In this document: positions 9,790 to 22,227 of the stretch, in pieces
Position numbering within the stretch: the first letter of the stretch is position 1
Layout: every line of letters begins with the position of its first letter
Origin: an uncultured Nitrospinaceae bacterium
Lineage (GTDB): Bacteria > UBA8248
Assembly (NCBI GenBank): GCA_964005815.1
Contig: CAXFSR010000016.1
Coordinates: forward strand, 32,001 to 96,000
DNA length: 64,000 nucleotides
Reading direction: 5' to 3'
Made by a program: the position numbers and the translations under genes
The notes under the pieces: generated by a model
What the model was told of the DNA's origin: nothing
Seen by the model: the letters and a program-made list of their open reading frames with translations, nothing else
Databases searched by the model: none

Positions 9790-11835
9790 TTAAATCATAA
9801 TTTTTTCAAGCCTATTTATAATATTCGAAACATTGAACCCAAATTTCTCAAAATTTTCGGGACCTGGTGCACTTGCACCAAAAGTTGAAATCGCTATGCT
9901 ATCACCCTGACTTCCAACCCATTCATGCCATCCAAAATCAGAACCTGCCTCTATAGATAATCTTGTTTTAATTTCCTGAGGAAGAATAGAATCCTTATAT
10001 ACTTGTTCTTGGGAACGAAACAACTCCCAACAGGGCATACTTACTACTCTAACATTCAATCCCCTGTCTTTTAGAGCATTTTGTGTGTCGATAGCTAGCG
10101 AAACTTCAGAACCAGACGAGATAAGAATAGCATCAGGAGATTCTCCTTCTTCTTTAGAAACAATATATCCTCCCTTAGCTAAACCTTCAGCAGACGAAAA
10201 AACATCTCTATCTAAAATCGGAAGAGATTGTCTTGTTAAAACTAACATTGTTGGTCCATCCTTACGTTGAATTGCAACCTTCCAGGCAACTGCAGTTTCA
10301 TTTGCATCACAAGGTCTTATAACATGCAGTTCAGGAATAGCCCTTAAAGAAGCTAGATGTTCTATTGGTTGATGAGTTGGGCCATCTTCACCAAGTCCTA
10401 TAGAATCGTGCGTCATAACATAAATTACAGGGAGTCCCATCAGACTAGATAGCCTAATGGCAGGTCTAGCGTAGTCAGTAAATGCAAAAAAAGTAGCTGC
10501 AAAAGGTCTAACCCCTCCATGCAAAATCATACCTGAAGAAGCAGCACACATTACATGTTCACGAATACCCCAGTTAATATTCCTGTTCTCATAAGAACCT
10601 TTAGCGAAATCACCAGAATTTTCTATTAAAGAATTATTAGATGCAGCAAGATCGGCACTACCTCCTACTAACCAGGGGATTTTTTTTGCAACCTCATTTA
10701 GTACCATTCCAGAGACCACCCTAGTTGCAATCGAACCTTTTGAAGCAGGGAATGCCGGTACTTCTTTGGCGAAATCATCTGGAATTTGATCAGCCATTGC
10801 AATTTCAAAATCCTTCGCCATTTCAGGAAAGTCTGAACGATAGGCCTCGAATAATTCATTCCATTCTTTTTCTTGGCTCTCTCCCTTTTGAGAAAAATTC
10901 ATATGTTCTAAAACTGCTTCAGGAACATGAAATTGCTCCTCAGAGGGCCAACTGTAAATTTTCTTTGTTTCTATTACTTCTTCTTCACCCAATGGAGCAC
11001 CATGTGCTCTAGAGGTATCCTGATATTTAGGAGAACCATAACCAATATGAGTCTGAAGCACTATTAATGAGGGTTTGTCCTTCACTTTTTTAGCATCATT
11101 TATAGATTCCCCTATTTTAGTACAGTCTTCAGAAACATCTCCTAGGTTTACTACATCCCATCCATATCCTTTAAACCTAAGTTCAATATCATCTGAATAG
11201 GACAAATCAGTTGTTCCATCAATCGTAATCTTATTATCATCATAAATACAAATTAATTTACCTAGTCCTAAATGACCTGCTAAAGATGCAGCCTCATGGG
11301 AGGCTCCCTCCATAATATCTCCGTCACTAAGAAGAACGAAAGTATTATGATCTACAATATTAAAATTATTTTTATTGTAAATTTTAGCCATATGTGCTTC
11401 AGCCATTGCCATTCCAACTCCGTTCATGAAACCCTGCCCAAGTGGACCAGTTGTTGTTTCCACTCCAGGAGTCAACCTATATTCAGGATGTCCGGGTGTT
11501 TTGCTGTCCCACTGCCTAAAATCTTTAATATCATTCAGAGAAATGTCATAACCAGAAAGGTAGAGTACAGAATACAGGAGCATAGAAGCATGACCACATG
11601 ACAAAACAAATCTGTCACGATTAAACCAAGAAGGATTTGATGGATTATATCTCATTTCATGTGCCCAAAGTTGATACGCAAGTGGTGCAAGCGCCATCGG
11701 CGTTCCAGGGTGGCCTGAATTAGCCTTTTGAACAGCATCCATTGATAAAGTTCGAATTGTATCAATAGAAAGTTGTTCTATTTGGAGAGTACGGGATTCT
11801 AAATTAGAACTGTCGCTCTTATTGGATTGCACCAT
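9790..11835 (-). CDS. tkt: Transketolase
   Basis: SGHPG, TTGPLGQG, GIREH, THDSIGLGEDGPTHQP. Confidence 0.97.
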   Translation of the reverse strand: MVQSNKSDSSNLESRTLQIEQLSIDTIRTLSMDAVQKANSGHPGTPMALAPLAYQLWAHEMRYNPSNPSWFNRDRFVLSCGHASMLLYSVLYLSGYDISLNDIKDFRQWDSKTPGHPEYRLTPGVETTTGPLGQGFMNGVGMAMAEAHMAKIYNKNNFNIVDHNTFVLLSDGDIMEGASHEAASLAGHLGLGKLICIYDDNKITIDGTTDLSYSDDIELRFKGYGWDVVNLGDVSEDCTKIGESINDAKKVKDKPSLIVLQTHIGYGSPKYQDTSRAHGAPLGEEEVIETKKIYSWPSEEQFHVPEAVLEHMNFSQKGESQEKEWNELFEAYRSDFPEMAKDFEIAMADQIPDDFAKEVPAFPASKGSIATRVVSGMVLNEVAKKIPWLVGGSADLAASNNSLIENSGDFAKGSYENRNINWGIREHVMCAASSGMILHGGVRPFAATFFAFTDYARPAIRLSSLMGLPVIYVMTHDSIGLGEDGPTHQPIEHLASLRAIPELHVIRPCDANETAVAWKVAIQRKDGPTMLVLTRQSLPILDRDVFSSAEGLAKGGYIVSKEEGESPDAILISSGSEVSLAIDTQNALKDRGLNVRVVSMPCWELFRSQEQVYKDSILPQEIKTRLSIEAGSDFGWHEWVGSQGDSIAISTFGASAPGPENFEKFGFNVSNIINRLEKIMI

Positions 11836-11896
11836 CTTATAAAATCTCCATATTCGTAAACTGGGAAAGTAAGACGTAACTAAATTTCAGATTAAT

Positions 11897-13650
<1,754 letters not shown>

Positions 13651-13675
13651 TTAATTTTCCTAGGCGGAAAATTGA

Positions 13676-14122
13676 TTAAATAGAATCTTCAATCTCTTTT
13701 AATTTGTCCAATCTTCTTTTGTGACGTCCACCTTCAAACTCGGTATCAAGCCAGATATGAATAATATCTCTTGCTTGTTCCAATTCTATTATTCTTTCAC
13801 CAAGGGCTAGAACATTAGAATCATTGTGCTTTCTACTCATCTCTGCTGCAAAAAGGCTATGACAGGCTACCGCACGAATACCTTTAAACTTATTCGCAAC
13901 TATTACCATTCCTGAGGATGAACCGCAGCACAAAATACCTTTTTCTGAATTACCAGTTGCAATTGCTTTCGAAACCAATGCTGCAAAATCTGGATAATCG
14001 CATGATTCTTCTGAAAAAGTACCATAATCCTCAAATAAAATATCTCTATGCATTAAAAATTTTTTTACGTATTCTTTGAGAATGAAACCTGCATGATCTG
14101 AACCAATTGCAATAGGTTTCAT
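13676..14122 (-). CDS. rpiB: Ribose-5-phosphate isomerase B
   Basis: SDHAG, DYPD, ANKFKGIRA, HNDSNVL, FEGGRH. Confidence 0.95.
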   Translation of the reverse strand: MKPIAIGSDHAGFILKEYVKKFLMHRDILFEDYGTFSEESCDYPDFAALVSKAIATGNSEKGILCCGSSSGMVIVANKFKGIRAVACHSLFAAEMSRKHNDSNVLALGERIIELEQARDIIHIWLDTEFEGGRHKRRLDKLKEIEDSI

Positions 14123-14194
14123 AAATAACTTCTCTCCAATTATTACTTAAAGATTTTCGATAACAAAAAGACATTTTCAAAAATGAAAAATTAA

Positions 14195-14560
14195 TTACCT
14201 AAGTCTTTTCCGTTCCATTTCATTTTGTGCCTCTACTGTATACCTAGCATAAGGAAGCGCAATTAAACGTTTAAATGGAATTTCATCCTCTGTTTCTTCA
14301 CAAATTCCATAAGTACCATTTTCCATTCTTTCAAATGCATCTTGAACCTCTTTAAATCTCCCTCTTTCTCTTTCACCAAGATCCATTAAAACCTGCTTAA
14401 AATAAGAATCAGCTGCCTGATCAGCGATATCTTGTATTCCATCATCACCAGTATCTTTTCGGTGATTCATAGTATTCCTAACATCACCTAATATCTCATT
14501 CCTAACCTCATTCAAACGATCCTTCAAAATACTAATTTCTTTCTTTTTTAAGTGTTTCAT
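14195..14560 (-). CDS. dksA: DksA/TraR-family RNA polymerase regulator with degenerate zinc finger
   Basis: Coiled-coil tip DIADQA (DxxDxA); C-terminal GTYGICEETEDEIPFKRLIALPYARYTVEAQ. Confidence 0.8.
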   Translation of the reverse strand: MKHLKKKEISILKDRLNEVRNEILGDVRNTMNHRKDTGDDGIQDIADQAADSYFKQVLMDLGERERGRFKEVQDAFERMENGTYGICEETEDEIPFKRLIALPYARYTVEAQNEMERKRLR

Positions 14561-14598
14561 ATTTAAACTCCTAAATCCTTGTAATGCAATCTAAAACA

Positions 14599-14931
14599 TT
14601 AATCTATAACGCAGGCATTAGACCAAAGCTTCTCTAATCTGTATGTTTCACGATATTCATCAATGAAAATATGAACCGCAATGTCACCACAATCAATTAA
14701 AACCCAATTAGACTCTGCAAGACCCTCTATAGAAAAAAAATTGATGCCAAAATCTGGCAATCTAATTTTAACTTCATCAGATATTGCTTTAACCTGTCTC
14801 CTACTTTTTCCATGACAAACTAAAAAAGCACTAACTTCCGAATCAATGCTTCTCAAATCAACAATTACAACTTCTTGTGCACCTTTCTCAAGAACGACAT
14901 CTTTGAGAGCTTTAAGTTGCGTTTCTAAAAT
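14599..14931 (-). CDS. rsfS: Ribosome silencing factor RsfS, extended to a probable ATT start
   Basis: WVLIDCGDIAVHIF and YRLEKLW. The frame stays open upstream of the track start through ILETQLKALKDVVLEKGAQEVVIVDL, with a GGGGGA RBS before the ATT at 14931. Follows nadD. Confidence 0.9.
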   Translation of the reverse strand: MLETQLKALKDVVLEKGAQEVVIVDLRSIDSEVSAFLVCHGKSRRQVKAISDEVKIRLPDFGINFFSIEGLAESNWVLIDCGDIAVHIFIDEYRETYRLEKLWSNACVID

Positions 14932-14946
14932 ATGTCTTCCCCCAGA

Positions 14947-15612
14947 CTATGAGTCTTTATATAACTTTTTATCAATTATAAAGCGTTCTACTGTTCGTGG
15001 CAACAAATAGCGAATAGAACGAGAATTTTGAATATTTTCCCTTATATCTGAAGAAGAAATATCTAATCTACGAATAGGGATGAATTCTATAAACATATTC
15101 GAATTTAGAATCCTACATCGGTTATCAAAAAGAAAATTAAAATCAAATCTAACTGACAAATCTTCAAATCTTTTTTTTAATTCCAACATAATTTCTTTGG
15201 CACTAGACATTTGTCTAATAGTAACTGCAAAATTAACTTTTTCCAAAACCTCTAAAGGATCTTTCCAAGTATGTAAATTCAAAAATGCATCTTCACCAAT
15301 AATGAAAAAGATTTCATCTCCCTTACAAGAAGTATTGGCAAGAATCCTAAGAGTATCAACAGTAAAAGAAAGGCCCTCCCTATCTAATTCTACAGAATCA
15401 GAACGAAAAAGAGGATGTCCTTCTATAGCCATTTCAACCATGTCTAATCGATCTACGGAACTTGCCATTAAAGGAGAAGATTTATGCGGAGGAGTTCCTG
15501 AAGGAACAAATATCACACGATCTAATTCAAGTTGAAAAGAGACGTCTTCTGCTGAACTTAAATGACCAAAATGTATGGGATCAAAAGTACCACCTTGTAT
15601 TCCAGTTCTCAA
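14947..15612 (-). CDS. nadD: Nicotinate-nucleotide adenylyltransferase
   Basis: GGTFDPIHFGH, PPHK, IIGEDA, ISSSDIR. Confidence 0.95.
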   Translation of the reverse strand: MRTGIQGGTFDPIHFGHLSSAEDVSFQLELDRVIFVPSGTPPHKSSPLMASSVDRLDMVEMAIEGHPLFRSDSVELDREGLSFTVDTLRILANTSCKGDEIFFIIGEDAFLNLHTWKDPLEVLEKVNFAVTIRQMSSAKEIMLELKKRFEDLSVRFDFNFLFDNRCRILNSNMFIEFIPIRRLDISSSDIRENIQNSRSIRYLLPRTVERFIIDKKLYKDS

Positions 15613-15636
15613 AAAAAATCCTTTTAAAAGAAAAAA

Positions 15637-16773
15637 TTATTCAAAACCTAAAAAATTATTACGATGAATAATTTCATCGTAATCTTTACTACCAAGAATG
15701 CTATGAATTTCTCTAGTATGTTTTCCAGCAATAAGTTTGACTTCGTTGCAATTATAATTTGCCAAACCTTTTCCTAAAGACTTGCCTTCTATTGACTGAA
15801 GTTCTACAACATCACCAAACATAAAATTACCACCCGCATCAATAACTCCACTAGGAAGAAGACTGCGCCCTCTTTCAAGTAGAGCCTCCACGGCACCATT
15901 GTCAATTTTCAACCAGCCTCTAGACTTTGCAGTAGTTCCAATCCAACTTTTTCTAGCATTAATACGTTTCTTTTTGGGCACAAAAAAACTGCCTAGATCT
16001 TCACCTTCCAAAGCCCTTAAAATCACACTATCATTTCTTCCTTTTAACATAAGAGTAGATATCCCTATTTGGCTCAAAACTTTTATTGCACTTATCTTAG
16101 TAACCATCCCACCATGAGAAAATTGATTGTTACTTTTTCCAGTTACATCTATTAATTGCTCAGATACATTTTCAACTCTAGATAACAATTTAGCATTTTT
16201 ATCTAAATTAGGATTTGCACTATACATTCCCTCTACATCTGACAAAATCACAACTAGACCTGATTGGGTCATCTGTGCTACCTGGGTTGCCAAAGAATCA
16301 TTATCTCCAAATTTTATCTCCTCAGTAGAAACCGTGTCATTCTCATTTACAATAGGAATAATTTTTTTATGCAAAAGATTATCGATAGTATTACAAGCAT
16401 TCAGAAATCTTTTCCTTTCATCCAAATCAGAATGAGTTAGTAAGATTTGTGCAATATTAAGACCTAATCTATTAAATACTTTACTATAAGCGTCCATCAA
16501 GATCGGTTGTCCAACAGCAGCCGCTCCTTGCCTTTCAGGCATTGTTTTAGGATATTTCTTAACATTAAGATGTTTAAGACCTGCAGCAATCGCACCAGAT
16601 GATACAAGTACTATCTCACGACCTCTCTCAAGAAGGACAGAAATTTGATTAGCTATTGAAGAAAGAACTTCCAAGTTCAAACCAACCTCATCCGAAGCAG
16701 TAAGGACAGAACTACCAACTTTAATTACAAGACGCTTACTTTTCAAAGACGTTTCTTCTTTTCTAGCAATCAT
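15637..16773 (-). CDS. proB: Glutamate 5-kinase with PUA domain
   Basis: VIKVGSS, VSSGAI, NENDTV, FGDND, GGMVTKI, PUA tail. Confidence 0.96.
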   Translation of the reverse strand: MIARKEETSLKSKRLVIKVGSSVLTASDEVGLNLEVLSSIANQISVLLERGREIVLVSSGAIAAGLKHLNVKKYPKTMPERQGAAAVGQPILMDAYSKVFNRLGLNIAQILLTHSDLDERKRFLNACNTIDNLLHKKIIPIVNENDTVSTEEIKFGDNDSLATQVAQMTQSGLVVILSDVEGMYSANPNLDKNAKLLSRVENVSEQLIDVTGKSNNQFSHGGMVTKISAIKVLSQIGISTLMLKGRNDSVILRALEGEDLGSFFVPKKKRINARKSWIGTTAKSRGWLKIDNGAVEALLERGRSLLPSGVIDAGGNFMFGDVVELQSIEGKSLGKGLANYNCNEVKLIAGKHTREIHSILGSKDYDEIIHRNNFLGFE

Positions 16774-16812
16774 AAAAAATTCCTCGGAAACAGAAATAAA
16801 TATAAAAAGTTT

Positions 16813-17808
16813 TCAACCTTCTCTGACTTCTTTGGAAATCATAAATAAAAGTTCTTTTAATCCAATCTTAGAAACAGAAGATATTCCTATTGAATCAAAA
16901 CCTCTTTTCTTTAAACCTTCTTGCAAAACTAAAATCTTATCCTCATTTCCAATTGCATCAATTTTTGTCAAAAGACAAATTCTCTTTTTGGAGATTAAAT
17001 CCCTTGAAAACAATTCAAGTTCTCTTGAAATAGTTTCAAAATCTTCCAAAACTTTTTCAACTAGATTACTAGCATCAAGAAGATGTAGGAGCAGAGTACA
17101 TCTCTCAATATGCCTAAGAAATTGGTGTCCCAATCCCTTGCCGCTGTGTGCTCCTAAAATAAGCCCCGGAATATCTGCAACAACACAGGAGACATCTTCG
17201 CCTAAATCAACAACTCCTAAATTAGGTTCAATAGTTGTAAAAGGATAATCAGCTATTTTCGGCCGACTTTTTGAAATCGTCGAAATTAGCGTTGATTTTC
17301 CAGCATTAGGCTTTCCAATCAGACCAACATCTGCAAGGAGTTTAATTTCTAAATCAATCGAAAATCCTTCTCCTGATTTCCCCCTTGTAATTTTTCTTGG
17401 TGTTCTATTTGTGGAACTTTTAAAATGATCATTACCTAATCCACCTCGTCCTCCCTTTGCAACTATAAATTCTTGACCTTCCTCTTCAAAATCATAAATC
17501 ACATTTTCATCTATTGTATCTTTAATAATTGTTCCCACAGGAACGAAAACATGTAAATCATCTCCATTAGCACCATGTTTAAGACTTGACATACCTGCAC
17601 CTCCATTAGGAGCTTTCAGTACAGTTCGATTTCGAAGGTGATAAAGTGTGTTATAAGATGAATCAGATGTGAAAATTACATGGCCACCCCTGCCGCCATC
17701 TCCTCCGTCAGGACCACCCTTAGGTATGAATTTCTCTCTACGGAAACTCAAGCAGCCGTCTCCACCTTTTCCTGCTTCAACTAATAGCCTAGCCGTATCA
17801 ATAAACAT
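16813..17808 (-). CDS. obg: GTPase Obg/CgtA
   Basis: FRREKFIPKGGPDGGDGGRGG, GKPNAGKST, DYPFTT, DIPG, TKID. Confidence 0.97.
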   Translation of the reverse strand: MFIDTARLLVEAGKGGDGCLSFRREKFIPKGGPDGGDGGRGGHVIFTSDSSYNTLYHLRNRTVLKAPNGGAGMSSLKHGANGDDLHVFVPVGTIIKDTIDENVIYDFEEEGQEFIVAKGGRGGLGNDHFKSSTNRTPRKITRGKSGEGFSIDLEIKLLADVGLIGKPNAGKSTLISTISKSRPKIADYPFTTIEPNLGVVDLGEDVSCVVADIPGLILGAHSGKGLGHQFLRHIERCTLLLHLLDASNLVEKVLEDFETISRELELFSRDLISKKRICLLTKIDAIGNEDKILVLQEGLKKRGFDSIGISSVSKIGLKELLFMISKEVREG

Positions 17809-17832
17809 GAAATGACCAGAAAGGGCAAAAGG

Positions 17833-18087
17833 TTAAGAGGGGACAACACTTACAAAACGTCTACCTTTAGTCTTTGTCTCAAACTTAAGATTCCCATTTA
17901 CTTTTGCAAATAATGTATGATCATTACCAAGACCTACATTATTGCCAGGATGAAAACGAGTACCTCTCTGACGAACAATAATTGTACCTGCATTAACAAA
18001 TTCTCCGCCAAAACGTTTTACTCCTAGTCTTCTTCCAGCAGAATCTCTTCCGTTTGAAGAACTACCACCAGCTTTTTTATGTGCCAC
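17833..18087 (-). CDS. rpmA: 50S ribosomal protein bL27
   Basis: [29 protein letters not shown]. Confidence 0.98.
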   Translation of the reverse strand: MAHKKAGGSSSNGRDSAGRRLGVKRFGGEFVNAGTIIVRQRGTRFHPGNNVGLGNDHTLFAKVNGNLKFETKTKGRRFVSVVPS

Positions 18088-18412
18088 TTTTTACCCCTTT
18101 AGGAGGAACAAGTCCAGTAACCTTAATTTGCGTATAATGCTGACGATGACCACGTTTTATTCTTAATTTTTTACGCCTCTTAAACCTGAAAGAATAAATT
18201 TTACGAAGTCTTCCATGATTTTCTATGACTGCATTAGCCATACTACCAGAAAGAGAACTCTTGTCAGCAACCACAACATCGCCATCAACAAAAAGTTTAA
18301 CATTATCTAGTTTGATCGAATCACCTAAAGAACCTTCAATTCGTTCAACCGTAAGAACATCTCCCTCTGAAACTTTTATCTGCTTACCACCTGTCTCAAC
18401 GACCATATACAC
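18077..18412 (-). CDS. rplU: 50S ribosomal protein bL21
   Basis: [15 protein letters not shown]; rplU-rpmA-obg order. GTG start. Confidence 0.95.
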   Translation of the reverse strand: MYMVVETGGKQIKVSEGDVLTVERIEGSLGDSIKLDNVKLFVDGDVVVADKSSLSGSMANAVIENHGRLRKIYSFRFKRRKKLRIKRGHRQHYTQIKVTGLVPPKGVKSGT

Positions 18413-18534
18413 TTTAGAACCCCTAAATTACAACAAAAAAAACAAACCTATCATATACTTAACAAACAAACTTGCAAAGACCGCCTATCTACCAATAAAA
18501 AGATGATTTTGTCAATTTATTTAGTAGAAAAAAT

Positions 18535-18951
18535 CTATTTTCTACTAAATAAATTAAAAATTACTCTTGTTTCATTATAGTCAACCTTTCTTCTAGCAGG
18601 CAAAAAACCTTTCTTTTCGACAAAAACAGAAAAACCCCTCACAAAATCGAAAAGATTACTTTTAAATTCTAAAGTTATCGGAGTTACACCCTGCAAAACA
18701 TCATTGACGTACACTTTTGCACCTGGAGGATTCGATATTACCGTGATTTTCTTCGTAAAAACATTCTTAATAGGTTTAAGAATCTGTGACTTCATGGATT
18801 TCTTTTTACTTTTTTTCAAAGAAATATTTTTTGCACAAGAAACTGTCAGCGAAAAAAGAACAACTAAAATCAAAGAAAAAGCAACAAACTTTAATCTATC
18901 AACTTTCTTTAAAGAGAAAATCATCTTGTATAAATCAGTCGTCTTCATCAA
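18535..18951 (-). CDS. PEGA-domain lipoprotein
   Basis: Hydrophobic leader with LTVSC; SNPPGAKVYVND..GVTP..KKGF. Confidence 0.75.
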   Translation of the reverse strand: MMKTTDLYKMIFSLKKVDRLKFVAFSLILVVLFSLTVSCAKNISLKKSKKKSMKSQILKPIKNVFTKKITVISNPPGAKVYVNDVLQGVTPITLEFKSNLFDFVRGFSVFVEKKGFLPARRKVDYNETRVIFNLFSRK

Positions 18952-19849
18952 CTCCAGCCCACTCTTCTATAAGTTCAAGTAATTGTGTTTGATCAGAATT
19001 TGCGCCAAATTTTGATACGCCCAGACCGTATACCTGCCTTACATGGTTCATGATAAAAAATGTTGCGCCAAGTTCTCGGGCTAGATCACTGCCCATTGTT
19101 AAATCTTTATACATCAAACCTGTACTAAAACCACAGTTAAAATCTCTAGGAAGTAAGAATCGAGGCCACTTGTCTTTAGTAGCTGCATTTAATCCTGAAC
19201 CACTATTAATAATACTCAAAGTTTTCTCAGGGTCTAAACCAAGCTTCGCAGACAAAGACATAGCTTCCATAGAAGCAACAAGATTAGTCGCTGAAAGAAA
19301 ATTATTTACACACTTTATAGCATGACCAGAATCAACTGATTCTCCTGCATGAACAATATTCTTTCCTAAAACCTCAAAAATCGGCATACAAGCGTCTACT
19401 AAATCTTTAGGCCCACCGGGCATTATTGCTAAAGTAGCATTTACAGCCCCTATAACACCTCCCGAAACTGGTGCTCCTAAAAAACGGAATCCAAGTTCTT
19501 CAAGTTTATCTCCTAACAACTTAGTACGAGGAGGATATGAAGAACTCATATCAATAATAACTTTTCCTTTTTCAAGGCTTTCCGTCAGACCTTCTTGATC
19601 AAGAATAACAAATTCAACGTCATCACTACTTGGCAACATTGTAATCAATATGTCACTACTACTAGCTATATCCTTTAGGGTATCTGCAACTTTTACTCCA
19701 TCTGACTCAAGTGCTTGTACGTTCTCTTTTTTTACATCATAGCCATAAACAGTATATCCGGCACTCACCAAATTTTTAGACATAGGTGTACCCATTTTTC
19801 CAATACCAACAATTCCTACTACCGTTTTTTCAGGAATATAAGATTCCAC
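18935..19849 (-). CDS. NAD(P)-dependent beta-hydroxyacid dehydrogenase (HIBADH/tartronate semialdehyde reductase family)
   Basis: GIGKMG, DMSS, APVSGG, catalytic K in KCVNN, KDL. Confidence 0.88.
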   Translation of the reverse strand: MESYIPEKTVVGIVGIGKMGTPMSKNLVSAGYTVYGYDVKKENVQALESDGVKVADTLKDIASSSDILITMLPSSDDVEFVILDQEGLTESLEKGKVIIDMSSSYPPRTKLLGDKLEELGFRFLGAPVSGGVIGAVNATLAIMPGGPKDLVDACMPIFEVLGKNIVHAGESVDSGHAIKCVNNFLSATNLVASMEAMSLSAKLGLDPEKTLSIINSGSGLNAATKDKWPRFLLPRDFNCGFSTGLMYKDLTMGSDLARELGATFFIMNHVRQVYGLGVSKFGANSDQTQLLELIEEWAGVDEDD

Positions 19850-19996
19850 AGCTCCCCCTTATCGAAAAAGGTTATAATCATCTAAAGTTTTTTAATAAAG
19901 AACATCTTTGATTTTAACAAAAAAAAAATTAGAGTAAAATATCGTTTTGGTTACTCGTTTTTTTTATATTTTTAATTTACTGAGAGAAAAAATCTT

Positions 19997-20707
19997 ATGC
20001 AATCAATTTCACCAGAAGATATTGTTAAATTCTTAGAGGAAAATCCAGGTTTTTTTCTTGAATATCCAGAGCAACTAAAAAAAAGTGGATTAATGGAAGA
20101 TCATAATATTTCTTCTAAAATACTCAATATTCGCAATAGACTCTTTGAAAAAATGAGAGAAGACAGACAAAATCTTCTAAACGCTTTAGAAGATTCTATT
20201 AAAACAGTTAGAAATAATGAAAAAATTGAAGACGATTTTGATATGCTCGAAAACTTACTATTTGAAAATATTCCGTCTATTCAATCTTTGATTAAACTTG
20301 CAAATGCAACAGAATCAAAATTCAGTTTAGGATTCGTTGGCTTTACCCTTTGTACAACCGCAAAAAAAGAAAAGATTGACAAACTAAATAATCAAATCGG
20401 CAACAACCCAAAATTGAGATATATATCGAAGGAAGAAAGAAAAAAATATCCAAATGGAAATAAAACTAGCCTTTTTGAGAAGCTTGAAAATCCTAAACAT
20501 GTATTTCCAGACATAACAAAAAAGATCAATTCTGCCGCAATCGTACCCCTAAAAGACAAAAGACGACTTCTCGGATTCTTTCTCCTAGGGGCAGAAAAAA
20601 CTGGACATTATTATGAAGGTATGAATACAGACCTACTTGAAAAACTAAGCAATAGCGTTTCAATAGCTATAAAACTAATGCGACTATACGAAAAAAATCA
20701 ATCCTGA
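19997..20707 (+). CDS. DUF484-like protein (GAF-like C-terminus)
   Basis: FLEENPGFF N-terminus; SAAIVPL..LGFFLLG..HYYEGMNTDLL. Confidence 0.7.
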   Translation: MQSISPEDIVKFLEENPGFFLEYPEQLKKSGLMEDHNISSKILNIRNRLFEKMREDRQNLLNALEDSIKTVRNNEKIEDDFDMLENLLFENIPSIQSLIKLANATESKFSLGFVGFTLCTTAKKEKIDKLNNQIGNNPKLRYISKEERKKYPNGNKTSLFEKLENPKHVFPDITKKINSAAIVPLKDKRRLLGFFLLGAEKTGHYYEGMNTDLLEKLSNSVSIAIKLMRLYEKNQS

Positions 20708-22077
20708 AACGAGCAAAGATCCACAAATTCAGAAATACTTTCGAGTCTTTCTAAATTTCTCACGTTTTCTACAATTTGAACACTCTTTTCTTTGTTGATA
20801 ACGTTACTGGTCATAAGATGAAAACGTTCTATTAGTTCATCCCACGTGAGAGGGTTCTTTGGATCTCCTTTGGGATAAGATTGATGGATTTCAAAACTAT
20901 CATTTTTCGTAGTAATTTTCACATTAGCTTGCCATTTTTCAGGAAATTCTTTATCCATTTCTATATCACCAAAACAGTAAATTTTCTGAATTAAAGAATC
21001 AAAATCTCTTGAAGATATATACTCATCAGAATATTCTTGAAGTCCTGCAGCTCTTTTTAAGATTGAAACTGCAACAGCGTAATGAAGACTAAATTGCGCA
21101 TCAACTATATTCTCAGGATTTCTCTTTTTATCTTCAGGATTAATTACGAGTAATTCGCTTGTCTTTGGAACACGTACTTCTACTTTTTCAATATCTTCCG
21201 CATTGAGATCGTTTTCTTTACATAAAGTAATTGTCGCATCCACACTAGCATGATTAAATCTGCAACAAGCATAAGGCTTGATTGCTGTCTCACATATCTC
21301 CCAATAGTCACCAATCTTTTCTGTAAGATACTCTGGATTTGCATCATCGCTATAAGCAGAAAAAAAACCACTTTCTCCACCTAAAATGTCTGAAGGACCT
21401 ATAAAACCATTTTCTGCCATATACGCAGCGTATATTCCACTATGAGCAGACCATCCTGGATGGAATCTCTTTGTCCATGCACCATTATCTAAATATTGCA
21501 TTGAACCAGATGCTTGACTTCCAGCAATTGCAAGTGTATTTGCCATCGTATTAAGGGATTGTCCTAAAAGTTTTGATGCTACAATAGAAGATGCAAACGT
21601 CCCACAAGTAGCCGTGGGATGAAAACCCCTTGCATAATGACTTTTCGCGTTAACTGCATTTCCTATTCTATTAGTTACTTCATAGCCAGTTACAATAGCT
21701 TCAATCAAACGCTTAGGATCAGGACAATGAACTTCGCTGATTGCAAGAGCACTAGGCATAACACTAACACCAGGATGCAAGCTAGACCTAGTTGTGACAT
21801 CATCCATCTCTATAGCATGCGCAATCCCACCATTAACAAGCGCAGCATCGGCAGGCACAGTTTTCAATGGAGAACCTATAATAGTACAAGGTCCATCATG
21901 TTTTGCATTATTTTTAATAAAATTATAAAGAACCTGGGAACTATCCGCCTTAGTACCACATATAGAAACTCCAAGAAAATCTAGCAGAAAGTACTTAGCC
22001 CGATCATGTGCTTCTTCTGATAAATCTTCATAACTAATTCCGTGAAGATATTCTACGAACTCCTTACTTATGTTCAT
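20698..22077 (-). CDS. MmgE/PrpD family protein
   Basis: NGGIAHAIEMDD, LHPG, GFHPT, KPYACCRFNH, AQFS, PKGDP. Start placed at the ATG at 22077. Confidence 0.9.
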   Translation of the reverse strand: MNISKEFVEYLHGISYEDLSEEAHDRAKYFLLDFLGVSICGTKADSSQVLYNFIKNNAKHDGPCTIIGSPLKTVPADAALVNGGIAHAIEMDDVTTRSSLHPGVSVMPSALAISEVHCPDPKRLIEAIVTGYEVTNRIGNAVNAKSHYARGFHPTATCGTFASSIVASKLLGQSLNTMANTLAIAGSQASGSMQYLDNGAWTKRFHPGWSAHSGIYAAYMAENGFIGPSDILGGESGFFSAYSDDANPEYLTEKIGDYWEICETAIKPYACCRFNHASVDATITLCKENDLNAEDIEKVEVRVPKTSELLVINPEDKKRNPENIVDAQFSLHYAVAVSILKRAAGLQEYSDEYISSRDFDSLIQKIYCFGDIEMDKEFPEKWQANVKITTKNDSFEIHQSYPKGDPKNPLTWDELIERFHLMTSNVINKEKSVQIVENVRNLERLESISEFVDLCSFQD

Positions 22078-22147
22078 AATAAGAACCCCAATCAATATTA
22101 TTAATTTATAAAATTAAATTAATAATTTATTATACATCTCCAAAGAC

Positions 22148-22176
22148 TTGTCACAAAAGAATACTGAGTTTACCAT
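22148..22176 (+). promoter_or_regulatory. Putative sigma70 promoter for the HIT gene
   Basis: TTGTCA, 17-nt spacer, TACCAT. Confidence 0.45.
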
Positions 22177-22227
22177 CTCATTTAAAAATAATATTTCAAA
22201 AAAATCAAATAAAAAGGGTTTCTGAAA

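Noticed and set aside
14932..14949. nadD stop TAG is in frame with rsfS (possible read-through fusion)
   Set aside because: A one-in-three coincidence. The spacer contains an SD-like GGGGGA, which explains independent initiation, and no recoding signal was seen.
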